A stretch of DNA of 64,000 nt, from NCBI GenBank assembly GCA_964252035.1, contig OZ176211.1; one strand, 5' to 3'. Shown in pieces: positions 28,727-41,540 of the stretch. Position 1 is the stretch's first letter. Every line of letters begins with the position of its first letter. The notes below the pieces were generated by a model. That model was not told where the DNA came from. It made no database searches and was given only the letters and a program-made list of their open reading frames with translations. The position numbers were made by a program, and so were the translations under genes. This stretch comes from Podarcis erhardii (Eukaryota).

Positions 28727-28836
28727 CTGGCAACATAGAGCATCGCTGGAGAGTTTTGTAAAGACTGGGCTGCTGAGGTGAGAAATTATAGGCTTAGTGT
28801 TTGCCTCCGGTGAGCCAGTCACATAAATAAAGGTTC
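28727..28836 (-). CDS. MALRD1: MALRD1 exon, MAM3 (110 nt, phase 1 to 0)
   Basis: TATATTTCAG acceptor, CAG|GTAACT donor. Translates (G)TFIYVTGSPEANTKPIISHLSSPVFTKLSSDALCCQ. Not in the ORF track. Confidence 0.92.
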
Positions 28837-29159
28837 CTGAAATATAAAATAGGGAGGTTGTTAGGAACATTCATTGCCTGAAAACATAAATGACATGAAC
28901 ATGCCTTTAATGCACTTCTTGGGGACATTCTTCTTCAAGCCTTGTTGATATGGTCTTATTCAGACCTAATAATAAATTATGTCCTGTGCATACAAGCCTA
29001 GGTGTGTTTCTGGCTTGTGTACTTCATCCTCCCCTCTCCTCTGGCATGGAAGATCAGAAGTTTTTGCTTCCATTTTTTATGAACAACAGTTAAGTATTAT
29101 GTCTGAATGCGGACAAACTGGTTACTCTTATCTAGGTATTGGCGAAACTGCCACATCAG

Positions 29160-29475
29160 TTTGTATTTTGCTTTAAGAACCTGTGAAAATTCATCATCAT
29201 TTCTGTGTGAATTTCTCCAAATACATGCATTTTTGTATAGAATTTTGCCTAATGTACACACATGCAAAGCAATTTCCCCCAGTATAATGCTTTTATGTAT
29301 ATCATTTTCACCATTCTATGCATTTTTACACACACTTTAATATACATATTTTTATTTACATTGCTTGGCTAGAGAACTGCAAGTGGAAAATTGGAAGAAG
29401 TGCAAATTTAACAGGAGAACCCTTTTTTGCTTCAGATAACATTTCACAAAGTGCGAACTGAATTGAATCCCCCCG
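29160..29475. repeat. Unclassified interspersed repeat, copy 1
   Basis: Shares gtgaatttctcc...gcaatttcccc..tataatgc...aagtgc(g)aa...aactgaat blocks with 35385-35790. Confidence 0.6.
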
Positions 29476-30879
29476 CCCCCCGTTTCTGATCTCAACTATA
29501 GTTTACTGAAACAGGCCAATTTCAAACTACAGTTTATGAAGCTTCCTTGTTTCAATAAATCATAATTATGATTAGCCACAGTTTAGAGGTAAAAACAATG
29601 CTAACTGTAGTTAGATTAAATTGGAAGCTGAAATTTCAGATCTCTTCCTCACGGCCACACCAGGAGTGGGGAGGGACAGCACACAAACTCAAGGCTCATG
29701 TATGAAACAACAGAACACTGCATTCAGTTTCTGCTTGCAGGTTTCCCATAGACATCTAGTTGACCACTGTAAGAGCAGAATGTTGAACTAGATGCCTTTG
29801 GTCTGATCCAGCACAGTTCTTCTTGGGTTCTTAAGTTCTTGTTGTTTATTATTATATTTGTACCCAGTCATAGTAAGTTTTGTAAATTCTCAGTAAACTT
29901 CAGAGGCTGACTCTTGGGCTATTAACCCTCTCATCCTTTCCAGCACCACTGTTCCTATCAGACCTTTACCCATCCCCTCCACCACCATCCTGTAGGACTG
30001 CTTTTTAACTTTAAATAAAAGGCATGAGAGCTAATCATGGATCCCCTGATATCTCATCTATTTTGGCCATTAGATTTTAAACCAAAGAAAGAGACATTAC
30101 ATGCTGAGTCATGGAGTGATTAATTGCTTTGCCCGAAGTACTCTTCTTCCACTGGCACTACTCAAAGAGATCACTCTGGTGTTTATTGCTCAAACACTGA
30201 TTGATGCTGAAGGCCCCTCTGCTCCCTTTTCACCCATCTCCCACTATTAGCACAAGGCTTGTTTTCAGAGCTAGAAAACAGCAGAGTACATAAGGTCTCA
30301 TCTGGGAAGACAAAAGTATGTTTCCATTGCCCTATACAGTGCTGCAAACTATGTTTGGAATTAATGTAGTGCACAGACGATCAATTAAATTGAGCAAACA
30401 AAGCAAATTCTGCATTACAACTAGTGCATATATACCGCTAATGAAGCTCTAGTCCTGAACAAGCAACAATAGCTTGATAACTTTGAAAGTTATCAGGAGG
30501 AAGAGATGAAACTCATTGTAATGAAAATGCCTTTCCCCCTCATTTACAACTGTTTCTCTTGGTCCCATGTGGTGCTGAAATTGACTAGACCATAGCACAT
30601 TATTTTGGTTCAATTATTTCACTTGTAAGAGAACTGCAAATTTAAAGCTACATGAGACCAGTGCTACTTGGTCTTGAATGTGTTAGAGAGATTTAATGCA
30701 TGCCATTAACAGAAAATTGTCTTTAAAAAGAATAATTTAAAGTTATTCAAATCGTGTGGAACCGTTGCCCAAAAATGGGCACCCATGTTCTGCTATTCTT
30801 CCTTATTGAAGCACTACATGATAATTTGCACGGATAAAGGATTTGTATGCCATGTATGCACCACGGCATTTCCATCTAT

Positions 30880-31040
30880 AGCAGTGCAACTGGATGCCTT
30901 CATCTGCCCCAACTGCAACAAAACATGTGTCTCCTGTATCAGTCTTTGCAACCACAGTAGGCACTGCAACCTTCCAAGAGTGTGACTTCACCCCCAACGG
31001 CACACTCCTCCATTGTCTCCCAAAATTGACAGACGCCAGC
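30880..31040 (+). mobile_element. RTE-clade LINE 3' end (C2H2-type C-terminus)
   Basis: DAFICPNCNKTCVSCISLCNHSRHC* followed by ctccattgtctcc...gacagacgcc, an RTE-type 3' end as recalled. Confidence 0.65.
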
Positions 31041-32579
31041 GGCAATTACCCATATACATTGAATTAGCTGTATGTGCAGCTAATTGTACATGCATGCCAT
31101 TTGTATGTGTGTCACACACACTAAATGCTCTGCGATAAAAAGGAAAACATTCCACGAAAAATGATCATTCATTTATTTATAAAAGATGAGGTGTCAGGCT
31201 TTGGTAAGGAGGCATGAGGCTCTGGCAGGGTGCCTTAGCACACCCACCTCCTTCCCAAAGCTCAGAAAGCGCTAACTAGGCTTTGGGAAGGAATTCTAGG
31301 ACCCTGTGAGAGCCCTGCACACCTCCTTCCCAGCATTTCGTTTACCCGGCTTTGGGAAGAACCACCCTGTTCTAACTAATTGTAGTTTCCCATTTCATTC
31401 CAACCAAGTAACTAGTTATCAGCTTCAGAACAAGCCAGAAGATTAAACCATGGTTTAAAGTTGGTTGGATATTGTGGCTTGCTCTAGAAGCTCCTGGTTC
31501 AAATTAAACAGAGAACTATGATTAATCAGGGGCTTCCTGGTTTGATTGCGCATGCTGCAAAGGAAGGAGTGAAGAGGCTGCATGCATGGGCAAAAAGCTT
31601 ATTCATATCTCAGTCTATTATAGTGAGATATAATCATCTCAACTTGGACATTATCTGTTCTCAACCACATTGAATCATCTATTATGTATGTTATTCAGTT
31701 TCTCTCATCAACCTGCCAGCACAGGCTAGTACTTTTAAAGCATGTTAGCAGTCTTACAGATCATGGAAGCCCAAAGCATGAGCTGTATTTTTTCTCAAGA
31801 AGCCCATAGGCTTGACATTGTTATTTGTGCTAGTGGGAGGAGGGAAACTTAATTAAAGATCTAATCAGGACTGTCAAACTATCAGCCTTTGGATTTGAGC
31901 GACTACAGATATGCACTATGTAGGAGATAACATCTTTGAGAGTTTTTAGAATGGAGCATTTTAGATGACAATGGTACTGTTCTACTAAAAACAAAAACAA
32001 AAACCAGCTGGCAAGCTTCCACAGAAATCTACATCTTACCTATAAATGGTATACCAAAAAGACCAATATTATGGAACACCAGAGTCCTTTCCAGTGCTAT
32101 GGTTCTGTGATTAGGTGGACCTAAATCTCATTGATTCAGGGGCATTTAGGATTGACTGCTATCATTCTACATGACCCAGATAGCTGTCTGCCTTTACCCA
32201 GTGAAAGAAGAACTAACCTTAGAGCTGGTAATAATTAGCACATTGGGCAGTGCCTAATGGCAAATCAGTCAGTGACAGCAACAGTAGGGATGAGTGAATG
32301 TGTCTTATGTCTGGTTCACATTACTTTCACGGGGTTTTACCTATAATTCTGTCCTGTTTGATTCCTGTATTAATCTGAATTTTTAAAACATCCTCTCAAA
32401 CTGCATATTTAAAAGTGCATTTTTTGCCAATATTTGCATTTAAAAGCATACTGTTTATGTTTAAGCCACTGGAAATACAAAGTAACTTGGACCCCAAGAC
32501 TGCATATTTGAAAGTTAATACATACATATATACATACAATGTGCTTGAAAGCTCAGAAAAATGCTGTAGCATGACTCAC

Positions 32580-32726
32580 CCTTATTGCTGCTAGTTGTAT
32601 GATCTGTTCCAGGAAGGAGGGAATCCCCAGAAGTTTGTGCTTTCATTATCTTCCACTGTACATCCTTTGTGTTCAGTGTCTTCCATTCGCAAAGGTCAGA
32701 CTCAAAGTCACAGAGAGTGTAATTTG
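32580..32726 (-). CDS. MALRD1: MALRD1 exon, start of MAM3 (147 nt, phase 1 to 1)
   Basis: TTCAATAG acceptor, AAGG|GTGAGT donor. Translates (A)NYTLCDFESDLCEWKTLNTKDVQWKIMKAQTSGDSLLPGTDHTTSSNK(G). Confidence 0.93.
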
Positions 32727-33378
32727 CTATTGAAAAAAGAAACACAAATAGAGTCAAGGGGGTGGGTGGGAAACTGATACAAAAATGTTACTGCATTATT
32801 ATCTAAATTAATCTGTCTTAATAAAGCAATCATTGGGGTTTCACATTCAAATCCAAAAAGTTTATTTAAAATGAAAACTATGTGATGACTTTAAGACATC
32901 TATTGCCAACTGCTGCAATAAATTTAACACAGAAGTCTTTATGAAAATCTTAAACTGAAGATTAAAAGTAGGGGATAAGTTTCCTAATTAATAACTCAGT
33001 TGGCTCATATACACAAAAAAGCCCTTATGAGTGCTGTAAAACCATACTTTTTTCAATATAAAAACAACCAGGAATGACACCTGAAAAGCAGTTATAATTG
33101 CAGTCAGGCTATCTGAATATTAAGGGATTAGTCCAACAGTGGTTCTAAAACATTGAAATGTTCTTGCATTCAATTTACTAGTTTAGGTTTGAATATGCAT
33201 TGGTCTTATTCAGATGTAACACTAAACTATGACCAGAGTTTCCTGTTACATTCAAACCCAGGGAAACTCTGGTTATTGCTAAATCATTGTTTGTTTCTAA
33301 TACTCCTTTCTGTAGTGTAAATGCTTTCACTAGTCCTTTTGGCACTGTACCATCTTTGGAACAGGTGATTTAACTTAC

Positions 33379-33586
33379 CACAAGCTGCTGGATCTTCATC
33401 ACTTCCATCCAAACAGTCCAGGTGGTAATCGCAGGCCAAACTACTGTCAATCCATTGGCCATTGGCACAAGCAAATCGTTCAGAAGAACAAACCTTTGGC
33501 AATTCTGATGTCATGTTTCCCACAAAATGAAAGTGATGCAAGCAGATGGTGCTCATGTTGCTTTCGACTGTTCCTTCTAAAAGAAG
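33379..33586 (-). CDS. MALRD1: MALRD1 exon, end of MAM2 plus LDLa module (208 nt, phase 0 to 1)
   Basis: TTCTCGCAG acceptor, TGTG|GTAAGT donor. Translates LLLEGTVESNMSTICLHHFHFVGNMTSELPKVCSSERFACANGQWIDSSLACDYHLDCLDGSDEDPAAC. Confidence 0.92.
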
Positions 33587-34891
33587 CTGCGAGAATGGTT
33601 ACTATTTTATATTTACCAAATTATTTCAATGGAAAGCGGAACAAATGGAGACTGAGGTATTAACATGGTTAATGTATTTGCTCAGTGTTTCATGCAACCT
33701 CTTTTAACATTTGTCCTGATTAAAGTAGGACATGAGCCACAGATAAAGTCATTACTCATGTACCACATTTAATGCACTTTCTATGCACACAGGCCAAATT
33801 TTGTGCAACATGCTAGCAGCGCATCCACACAATCTATTAAAGGATAGTGTGCTAATATTACATAATAATGGTAAAAGTGTATGTACATGATATGGGACAT
33901 GTATGGTATATGCCATAGCTTGCATACTGTATGAAACAAGCCTATGCTTCAGTTAACCAATTGGATTGGGTATAAATTCTTTCTATGTGAAATCTAAGCC
34001 GCCTTCATGCATGAATTACATGAAGAGGCTATGGGGCTGCATGACTGCTCCCCTTGCCACATGGTCTAATGTGTATGTATTAGGCATGAATATTTGTGTG
34101 CCTTCCCCATGAGCTGGAATCCCAAACCTGGAAAATTCTAGTTCTCATTGAAAGCCTAACGCCTAAAGGTCTATCCATATAGGGTTTCCCTATATTGCCT
34201 ATTGCCCAGATGTCAGATACTGAGCCAGAAAAAGCTGAATGAGCTCAGGGCCAGGGGAAGCCCTGAAGCATCTTTCTGCAGATGATGCCCATTCATGTGT
34301 ATAATGCACATAGGGGCTCCAATCAATGCTCAATTAAAAGTTCAGATTGTTGGCTGCTTATGAGGAACAAATCCACATGAAGTCACTGGGACTAACTTCC
34401 AGGTAAACACGCATATATTGATTTGGTTGCACTTTCGTAAAGGCCAAACAGGCTCATGTAACTCCATTTTCTAACATAATTTCCACTTGTGTAATATACA
34501 CAAGCGGATCAATTCAAGAGCCCTTTAAAATGATGAACTGTTGAAATATATTCAATATTACAGCAAACTGAATGACAGCTGGTGCAAAAAGAAAGGACAA
34601 GTTAACACACACCAAAGCCATTAGCAGGGATGGAGAGGTAAGTACTCAGATTTCCTATCTTTACAAATCTCCTTCTTTGGAAAGCTCACAAGAGATCAGT
34701 ATATAATCCATTTTGCTTCTCTGCTAAAATTCAGTCAGAGCCTTCCTATAGGCCTTTAACCCCTACAGACGTGAAATAAGGTACTTTACCTTCCTAAATC
34801 TTAGTTATAATTGTGTCAACAGGGCCAGAGTAAGTCACAGTACACTGAGGTGAATTGCAGAGCAGATCCCAGCTCAAGTACTATCCAAATA

Positions 34892-35122
34892 CAGTGGTAC
34901 CTCAGGTTACAGACACTTCAGGTTACAAACGCTTCAAGTTACAGACTCCGGTAACCCGGAAGTAGTACCTCGGGTTAAGAACTTTACTTCAGGTTGAGAA
35001 CAGAAATCGTGCGGCGGCAGCGGGAGGCCCCATTAGCTAAAGTGGTACCTCAGGTTAAGAACAGTTTCAGGTTAAGAACGGACCTCCGGAATGAATTAAG
35101 TTCTTAACCAGAGGTACCACTG
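34892..35122 (+). mobile_element. Tc1/mariner (Tigger/pogo-like) MITE, copy 2
   Basis: TIRs cagtggtacctc / gaggtaccactg, TA flanks. Confidence 0.9.
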
Positions 35123-35384
35123 TAGGTAAGCACTGTTGGTTGCCCTTTTCAGCCAATGCAGCTTCCTGATTTTATTTTTAATGGTTCACAACTGAAATTG
35201 TTGGTTTTGAGGACTGCCCCATTGCACTGCCCAGTACAATGAAGTCAGCATTGGTGCATACTGGCATGCCTTCACCAGTCAGCTTTGACATCCCTCATCA
35301 CTTGCAAGGCTCTGGTTCAACCCACAGAAGATAGGCTGAGCAAGGACAACAGATTAGTAGAAGGATCTGTCCATTTCACTTCTC

Positions 35385-35790
35385 TCAGTTTCTCATTTTT
35401 CCAGCCTTATAGTCGGTTTTTCACATGGTGCAACAATTTGTGATTATAAGCAAAATCCTCATGAAAATCCACTTGCATTTTAGTGTGAATTTCTCCTAAT
35501 AAACACATTTTATATGTAGTACTAATGTACACATTTCTGCAAGCAATTTCCCCTAATATAATGCATTTTTGGATGTTATTTTCACCAACACCTTCATTTG
35601 TATGCACACTTTCCCTAAGTTATGCATTTTTTAAAAAAATGCTGCTTGATTGGAAATCTGTCTTGCCATAATCAGAAAAGTGCAAATTTTGAAGGATAGA
35701 TGTGGTTCTATTTGCATATTGTTTAAAAAACTGTGAATTTGATAGATTTGGCTTTTAATGTGTACTGAATCAAATTTCTCCTCTGTCCCT
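35385..35790. repeat. Unclassified interspersed repeat, copy 2
   Basis: Homologous to 29160-29475; ends actgaatcaaatttctcctctgtccct. Confidence 0.6.
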
Positions 35791-36543
35791 ACATTGAGAG
35801 ACCAATGGGGAAATGATATTGCAAACCAAAGTTATACATTCTCCTGCTACCTTAGAATATTTAAAGTAGCTGACAGGGTCTCTGAGTTGCAGTCCGGCAA
35901 CTCTTATGGGGAGAGAGGAGGAAAACACTTTAAAAAAGAAAAGAGGAAAAAGGAATCAAGGATGGTATTTGACAGGGTCAGATATTTTATTGCTTTTATT
36001 CTCTGAACTCTATATCCACAATGCACAGACTAGTCTATCTCCTAAGCAGTTCAGTTAATGTAGTTGCTCAATCAATTTCAGAATATATATATATATATGC
36101 GCAAAAAACCATATTGTTTGTAAATAATGCTCCTTTTAGGATTCAAATAAGGCATGAATTTCACAACTGGATTAAAAGTAGGAAGGAACATTGTACTGTA
36201 CAATATACTCAGTAAAAAGTACTATTAAAAAATAAGTTGGAAGGAAGGAAGGAATTACAAACAAAGTAATCCGTTTTTGTTATGCTGGAAATTGATTTGA
36301 CGCAGGAAATTGCCTGGAGGTAATTTTCCTGCAGCATGTTTTTAAGTGCCAGGTGCGCCCATAGTTTCTGAAATTCCATTCTGCCCTTTTAATGGAAAGC
36401 TTAATCCTGCAACAGCACTGGCTCACTCACCTAGCAGCAACTGGCTGGCTGAATTTAAAGGTGAAATAAATTGGAGCTGCTGCTGGCAGGTCCACTTCTT
36501 GTTACACTCCAGGTGATTTCTATACTTGGTAGGCTTTGGGAGG

Positions 36544-36770
36544 GAGAGCCAGACCAGCGTGGTGGTTAGAGGGTTAAAGCAGGACAGAGAGAACAGGATT
36601 CAAATCCCCACTGAGCATGAAATTCACTGAGTGGTTTTGGCGTCAGTCACTATTTCTTGGCCAAACCTACCTCACAGGGTGCCGAGAGGAAATAAAGGGG
36701 GATAATCATCTATGTCATATACACCAGAGCTCATTGGAGAAAAGATGGAATAAAACATATTTAAGAAATA
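36544..36770 (+). mobile_element. Old tRNA-derived SINE (Squam3/MIR-like)
   Basis: gagagccag...gtggtggttagag head, B box ggattcaaatcccc, core cagtcact...cctacctcacaggg. Confidence 0.65.
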
Positions 36771-37945
36771 CATAAGACTGAAGAGTTTTAAGTTAGATAT
36801 GGTAACAGGCTTACTGCAACACAAAGTTACTTTCTTGCAGGGCAGCAGTTTTGCTCCTGGCATGTTAAGAAGGTCCTCAGTGGCCCATGCGCAGAATTTG
36901 TCTCAGGCTTCTGTGTGAGGTGTGAGGTGATATGGACTGGATTGTCAGGACCTATGCATGTTCTGCTCCCTCCCTCTTTCGTGAAACCTGCAGCCTAGTC
37001 ATCAAATACTTGGTGGAAACTTGAGCGTCAGTGGTACAGGCAGATTATTTTAGAACGTGGACTTAGTGGTTGCAATGAGCCCCCCTCTGGACAGACTTGA
37101 GTATTACTGCAGTTGTGTGGCACACACCATCAACCTTTTTCCTCTTCCCCCTCCTGCCATTCCATGCTTAACAACTACTTCTAGATTCCCAATATGCAAA
37201 AAACCAAGAAGTTTACCAACCCTTATTTTATTTTATTTTTAGAAATACACTGAGCATATTTAGCTTCTTAGTTCAAACTTGATTACATCATAGTATCAGT
37301 AGGACTACAGGCGGGAAATGGGGTTTGCTTCCGCTGCCCTGATGCTAAACATATTGACTTGGGTATAAGTACTGTTTTGCTGTATAAAAGGATAATATCT
37401 TGGCAGGTAAACATTTATTATTAGTAGTATTAGTATTAGTATTATTATAATAAATTATGGTACTTATAATTAATATTTATTGAAAATAATGATTACCTGT
37501 ACAGCCACCCCAGCTATAAAACAGGGGACTCTGTTTGTTTGTTTCTAAAAAGAAGAAGATAAGACGGCAGGGAGACCAGCATGAGTCCCAGTGCATGCCC
37601 ATGCCAGCCTGAGTGCTGATGTGGGGTCACTTGGCTGTTCCTTCCACAATCGGCCACTCTCTCGGTACTCATTTGGGGCTCCCTTGGGCTGGGAGGCTCT
37701 GGACTTTGGTGCCAAGGTCCAGCCCTAGCTGCACCACTGCTTGAGATGCTTGAAAAAGAAGTTGTAGACCAAAGAACTTTGCCTGCAGGGTGCTTCCTGT
37801 TCTCTTACATGAAATATATTCTTCCAGCTGCAAGCATGCATTAGTTCATAGAAGAAAAATCCCAGAACATGGAATTCTCCATATATTCAGCAGCACCCCT
37901 AGGATCACCTTTCAAAGTGGGGATGCTTAAATGTTTTTCTCTTAC

Positions 37946-38041
37946 CTTGGTTTTTTTAAGATCTGTTGGTATCTGTATTTCTGCTTTCACCCACTCATTG
38001 TTAGTTGGTGCACTGGCTCTCCACAGCACCACTTGTTCACC
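37946..38041 (-). CDS. MALRD1: MALRD1 exon, MAM2 (96 nt, phase 0 to 0)
   Basis: TGTCAG|GGT acceptor, AAG|GTAAGA donor. Translates GEQVVLWRASAPTNNEWVKAEIQIPTDLKKTK. Confidence 0.9.
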
Positions 38042-38138
38042 CTGACAGGTATAAGACACATATATGTTCATAAATTTACATACATATTTATAAATGTGCA
38101 TCCATTTTATCTATGGCTTCTGTCAAACCACTTAAGTT

Positions 38139-38273
38139 CAGCCTTCCCCCAGTTTGATGCCCTCTAGTTGTGTTGAACTCCAACCCCCATCATCCCTGAC
38201 CATAGTCATGCTGGATGGGGCTGGTGGATGTTTTGTCCAAAACATGGGGAAGGCAGCAGTTTGGGAAAGGCTG
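38139..38273. mobile_element. Old palindromic hAT MITE (URR1-like)
   Basis: Termini cagccttcccc / gggaaaggctg and a catcatccctga core; no clear TSD. Confidence 0.6.
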
Positions 38274-38928
38274 GCTTAGCCGAACTTTCTGAACCATAAT
38301 CAGCCTGTCACTGCTGCCTGGAGAAACACGGCTTTCTGTACTTCGTTGCTGTGTTTACTGCTCTGATTGCACGGACTCCAGGGAAGACAAGGCATTTGCA
38401 GTAATTAGGCACAATAATTGAGCAATTATCAGGAGGTATCTATGTAAATGTAAAATAAACTGCAATGGAAAGTTACAAGGCAGACAAAAAGACAAATGTG
38501 GGGTGGTTTCCCCACATGAGACAAAAGGTTAATGGGAATCTACTCTGCCAATGCTCATGAAACTTTGTTTAGAAAACAGCACAATCTTATGAATTTCTAC
38601 TCAGAAGCATGCCCCATTGAATGCAATGTGACTTACTTCCAGGAGATGAAGTATCTGTTTTCCTGTGCCTTACACTGCATCATGTGCTCCAAACACAAGC
38701 CCTAATCTTTTCTTTTGTATAGGTCAAAAGAAGCTAAGACCATGGAAGCCAAAATAGCCAGAGCAGTTCTAGCTGTACCTCCCTCCAGGCCAGGGTGAAG
38801 AAATATGGATCTTATAAGAAGTGATTTCACTACAGGGTTGCATGAGACAAGAGGCTAAGAAGTTACATAAATCATAAACAGAAATATCTAAACCTAAGAG
38901 TTTCTTGGCAGGACCAGGATATGCCATA

Positions 38929-39294
38929 AAAAAGCGAAAGGACCCCAACAGATAAGTCCAGTCGCAAATGACTCTGGGGTTGCGGCGCTCATCTCTCTTT
39001 ACTGGCCGAGGGAGCCAACGTTTGTTCGCAGAGTTTTTCCAGGTCATGTGGCCAGCATGACTAAGCCACTTCTGGCGAACCAGAGCAGCACACGGAAACA
39101 CCATTTACCTTCCCGCTGGAGCAGTACCTATTTATCTACTTGCACTTTGAGGTGCTTTCGAACTGCTAGATTGGCAGGAGCAGGGACCGAGCAACGGGAG
39201 CTCACCCCGTCACGGGGATTCGAACCGCCAACCTAGGCTAGGTTTAGACCAACCTAGGCTCAGTGGTTTAGACCACAGCGCCACCCGCACCTCT
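38929..39294 (-). mobile_element. Full-length Sauria SINE (Squam1) with a rearranged head
   Basis: Reverse-complement Sauria body. 13-bp TSD aggatatgccata (38916-38928) / aggatatgtcata (39295-39307). Confidence 0.92.
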
Positions 39295-41117
39295 AGGATA
39301 TGTCATAGGTTATATATAATTCTATAGGGTCTCCTGAGGTGGTCGCTTAAGTTGGAACATAAAGTACAAGAAAAAAGAAGGCACTCGGCAAGGTTCCTAT
39401 GATATCAGCCCTGGCCGATCCAGAGGGTTCAGATTCCCTTTCAATCACAAGATGGTGGTTTACACACCAGTTTTCTTCTACAATGGAAATATTCTCTGGG
39501 GCCTAAACTATATTGCCCATGGTGCCATGGTTTGGTCTTGGTCGCAGGACTCTGAGGCTCTTGGGTCAAAGTTCCTTACAGTTCAAAAACCAAAAGTTTT
39601 ATTATATTGCACATTACTTGGTAGCATTGCTGCCATTATGGAATGGAAAAGAACAAGTTCTCTTTGTGCCCTGTCAGCTACTTCAATTTGTCACTGTTCT
39701 CTTAAGTTTCATTTGCAGGTTGAAAAATCAGACCTGTCACAGTTTTCAAGGCTTTGCTGCTCTTAAGGCAGCAAAGGATGTGCTAGTTTGTGTAGTATAT
39801 AGACTAATTCCTTAGGAATGTGACTTCACATTTCACATAAACTCTAGAAAAAAATTAATTGGATGGAATGAAGCTATTCAGTAGTCAGAAAGGGTCAAGC
39901 TCAACCCCATTCAAGAGGTGAAAACTCCCCTGCTTTGTTATAATACCTCCAGGTCAGAAAGCCTAATTTTGTCTCCGTTCCCATCACAAAGGCTTGGAAA
40001 ACACTTTCCACTCCTTCTAGGAAGAAAAAGTAAGTAATTTGGTAATAGATCATCTAAGTGTCACTGTGTTCTGAGCACTGCCCTACAGTTCATCAGCTCC
40101 ATTGGTTTCCATCCTCAAAAAAATGTTCCTGGTACCTTTGTGGCTCAATTTTTGGCTGCTTTTTTGAAGGTTCATTTGTCATCAAGAACTCTGTGCCATA
40201 GGTTATGGGGTTACATTAATTCCCCTAACCTCAAGATTTTGATCTTAAAACAGCAACAGCAACCTTGAATGCAGGGCAGCAAGAAACAGGGTGGATAGCG
40301 GATAAATGCTAATAGCAACTCTAGCTGAACCCACAAAGCAATTGTATTTTGACTGGGAAAAGAGTATAATGACTGAATCATAAAAAGTGTAAATAGGCTG
40401 CTGCAAAGAAAGGTCTGAGATCTGATAATGTATGCTGTCAAAATTATATTTGACTATGTATATCAATGCCTATTTTCAGTTAATTGATTTAATCTCTGTG
40501 CCAAGTCTTTTAATCTCTTCCCTACTTTATTTACAAAAATTGTGCCTAATTGACCTATGATTTTGGTTAAGTACTTGGAGAAGAAGAAGAAATAATTTTA
40601 ATAGAATTCTTCTGAGGCCACAGGATACATTGAATATATGTGACTTGCTGGCATAAAACACTTAATTTGTTTTTGCTTTGTTTGTTCGTCTGTGGAAATG
40701 AAACTCATAACTCGACTTGCAAACCCTTTCTTCTAGCTAAAGAAGAAGAAGAAAAAACCATGGTGCTTTTTTGCCTTTGAACATACAGGCATAATTTAGC
40801 TGGTGAGCTTTTTTTCTATCATTTACTCTTTTTCTACCACTTTCTCTCCATGCCATAGAATTCACAGATTTCTTTTGACTCTGTGAGCCAATTTACATGT
40901 TACAGCCCCACATGCAAGTTGCTGGGAGGGAAATCCATATGGTGGGTCTTCTGCAAGGGGAAAGTAACATCACCTGCGACATGGATTTTCTACATCACAT
41001 GGTGAGCCTCCATACTAGTGCCACATATTTATTAGAACAAAACAAACAAACAAAAAAAGTGCCCTGTATCAAGTCAGATCAACATTCCATCTACTTCTGT
41101 ATTGTCTACATTGAGTG

Positions 41118-41232
41118 CCAGCAGCTCTCTATGATTTCAGACAGGAACCTTTTCCAGTCCTGCCTGGAAGTGCAAGGATTGAACTAAAGATCTTTTACAG
41201 GTAAATCAGATGTTTACCAAGGAGTTTCAGCC
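41118..41232 (-). mobile_element. Degenerate tRNA-derived SINE (Squam2-like)
   Basis: cagcagctctct...tttcagacagg...ggattgaact, the reverse complement of the body and B box. Confidence 0.5.
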
Positions 41233-41540
41233 TCTCCCAAGTTAGCCAGAATTCTACAGTTCCCCCCCGGGCATGGGATTGAAATGTCCATCTCCTGTTT
41301 TCTGGGTCAGTGCTCTGTCCCTGTGAATCATTCTTCACAGTAGCTGACAATGATGTGCAGGTACTCTATACAGTGTGAAAGATCTATATAGTAAATGGCA
41401 TGGTGTGCTATCAGCTCCTTTGTGAAGCTACTACAAAAGCAATGCAGGAAGGTGGTAGACAAATGTATTCTTCATTGCCTCTCTTTCGATTCTTCTGGAG
41501 AAGGATAAGATCTATGTCCTGACTACAAATATCCTTTCCC

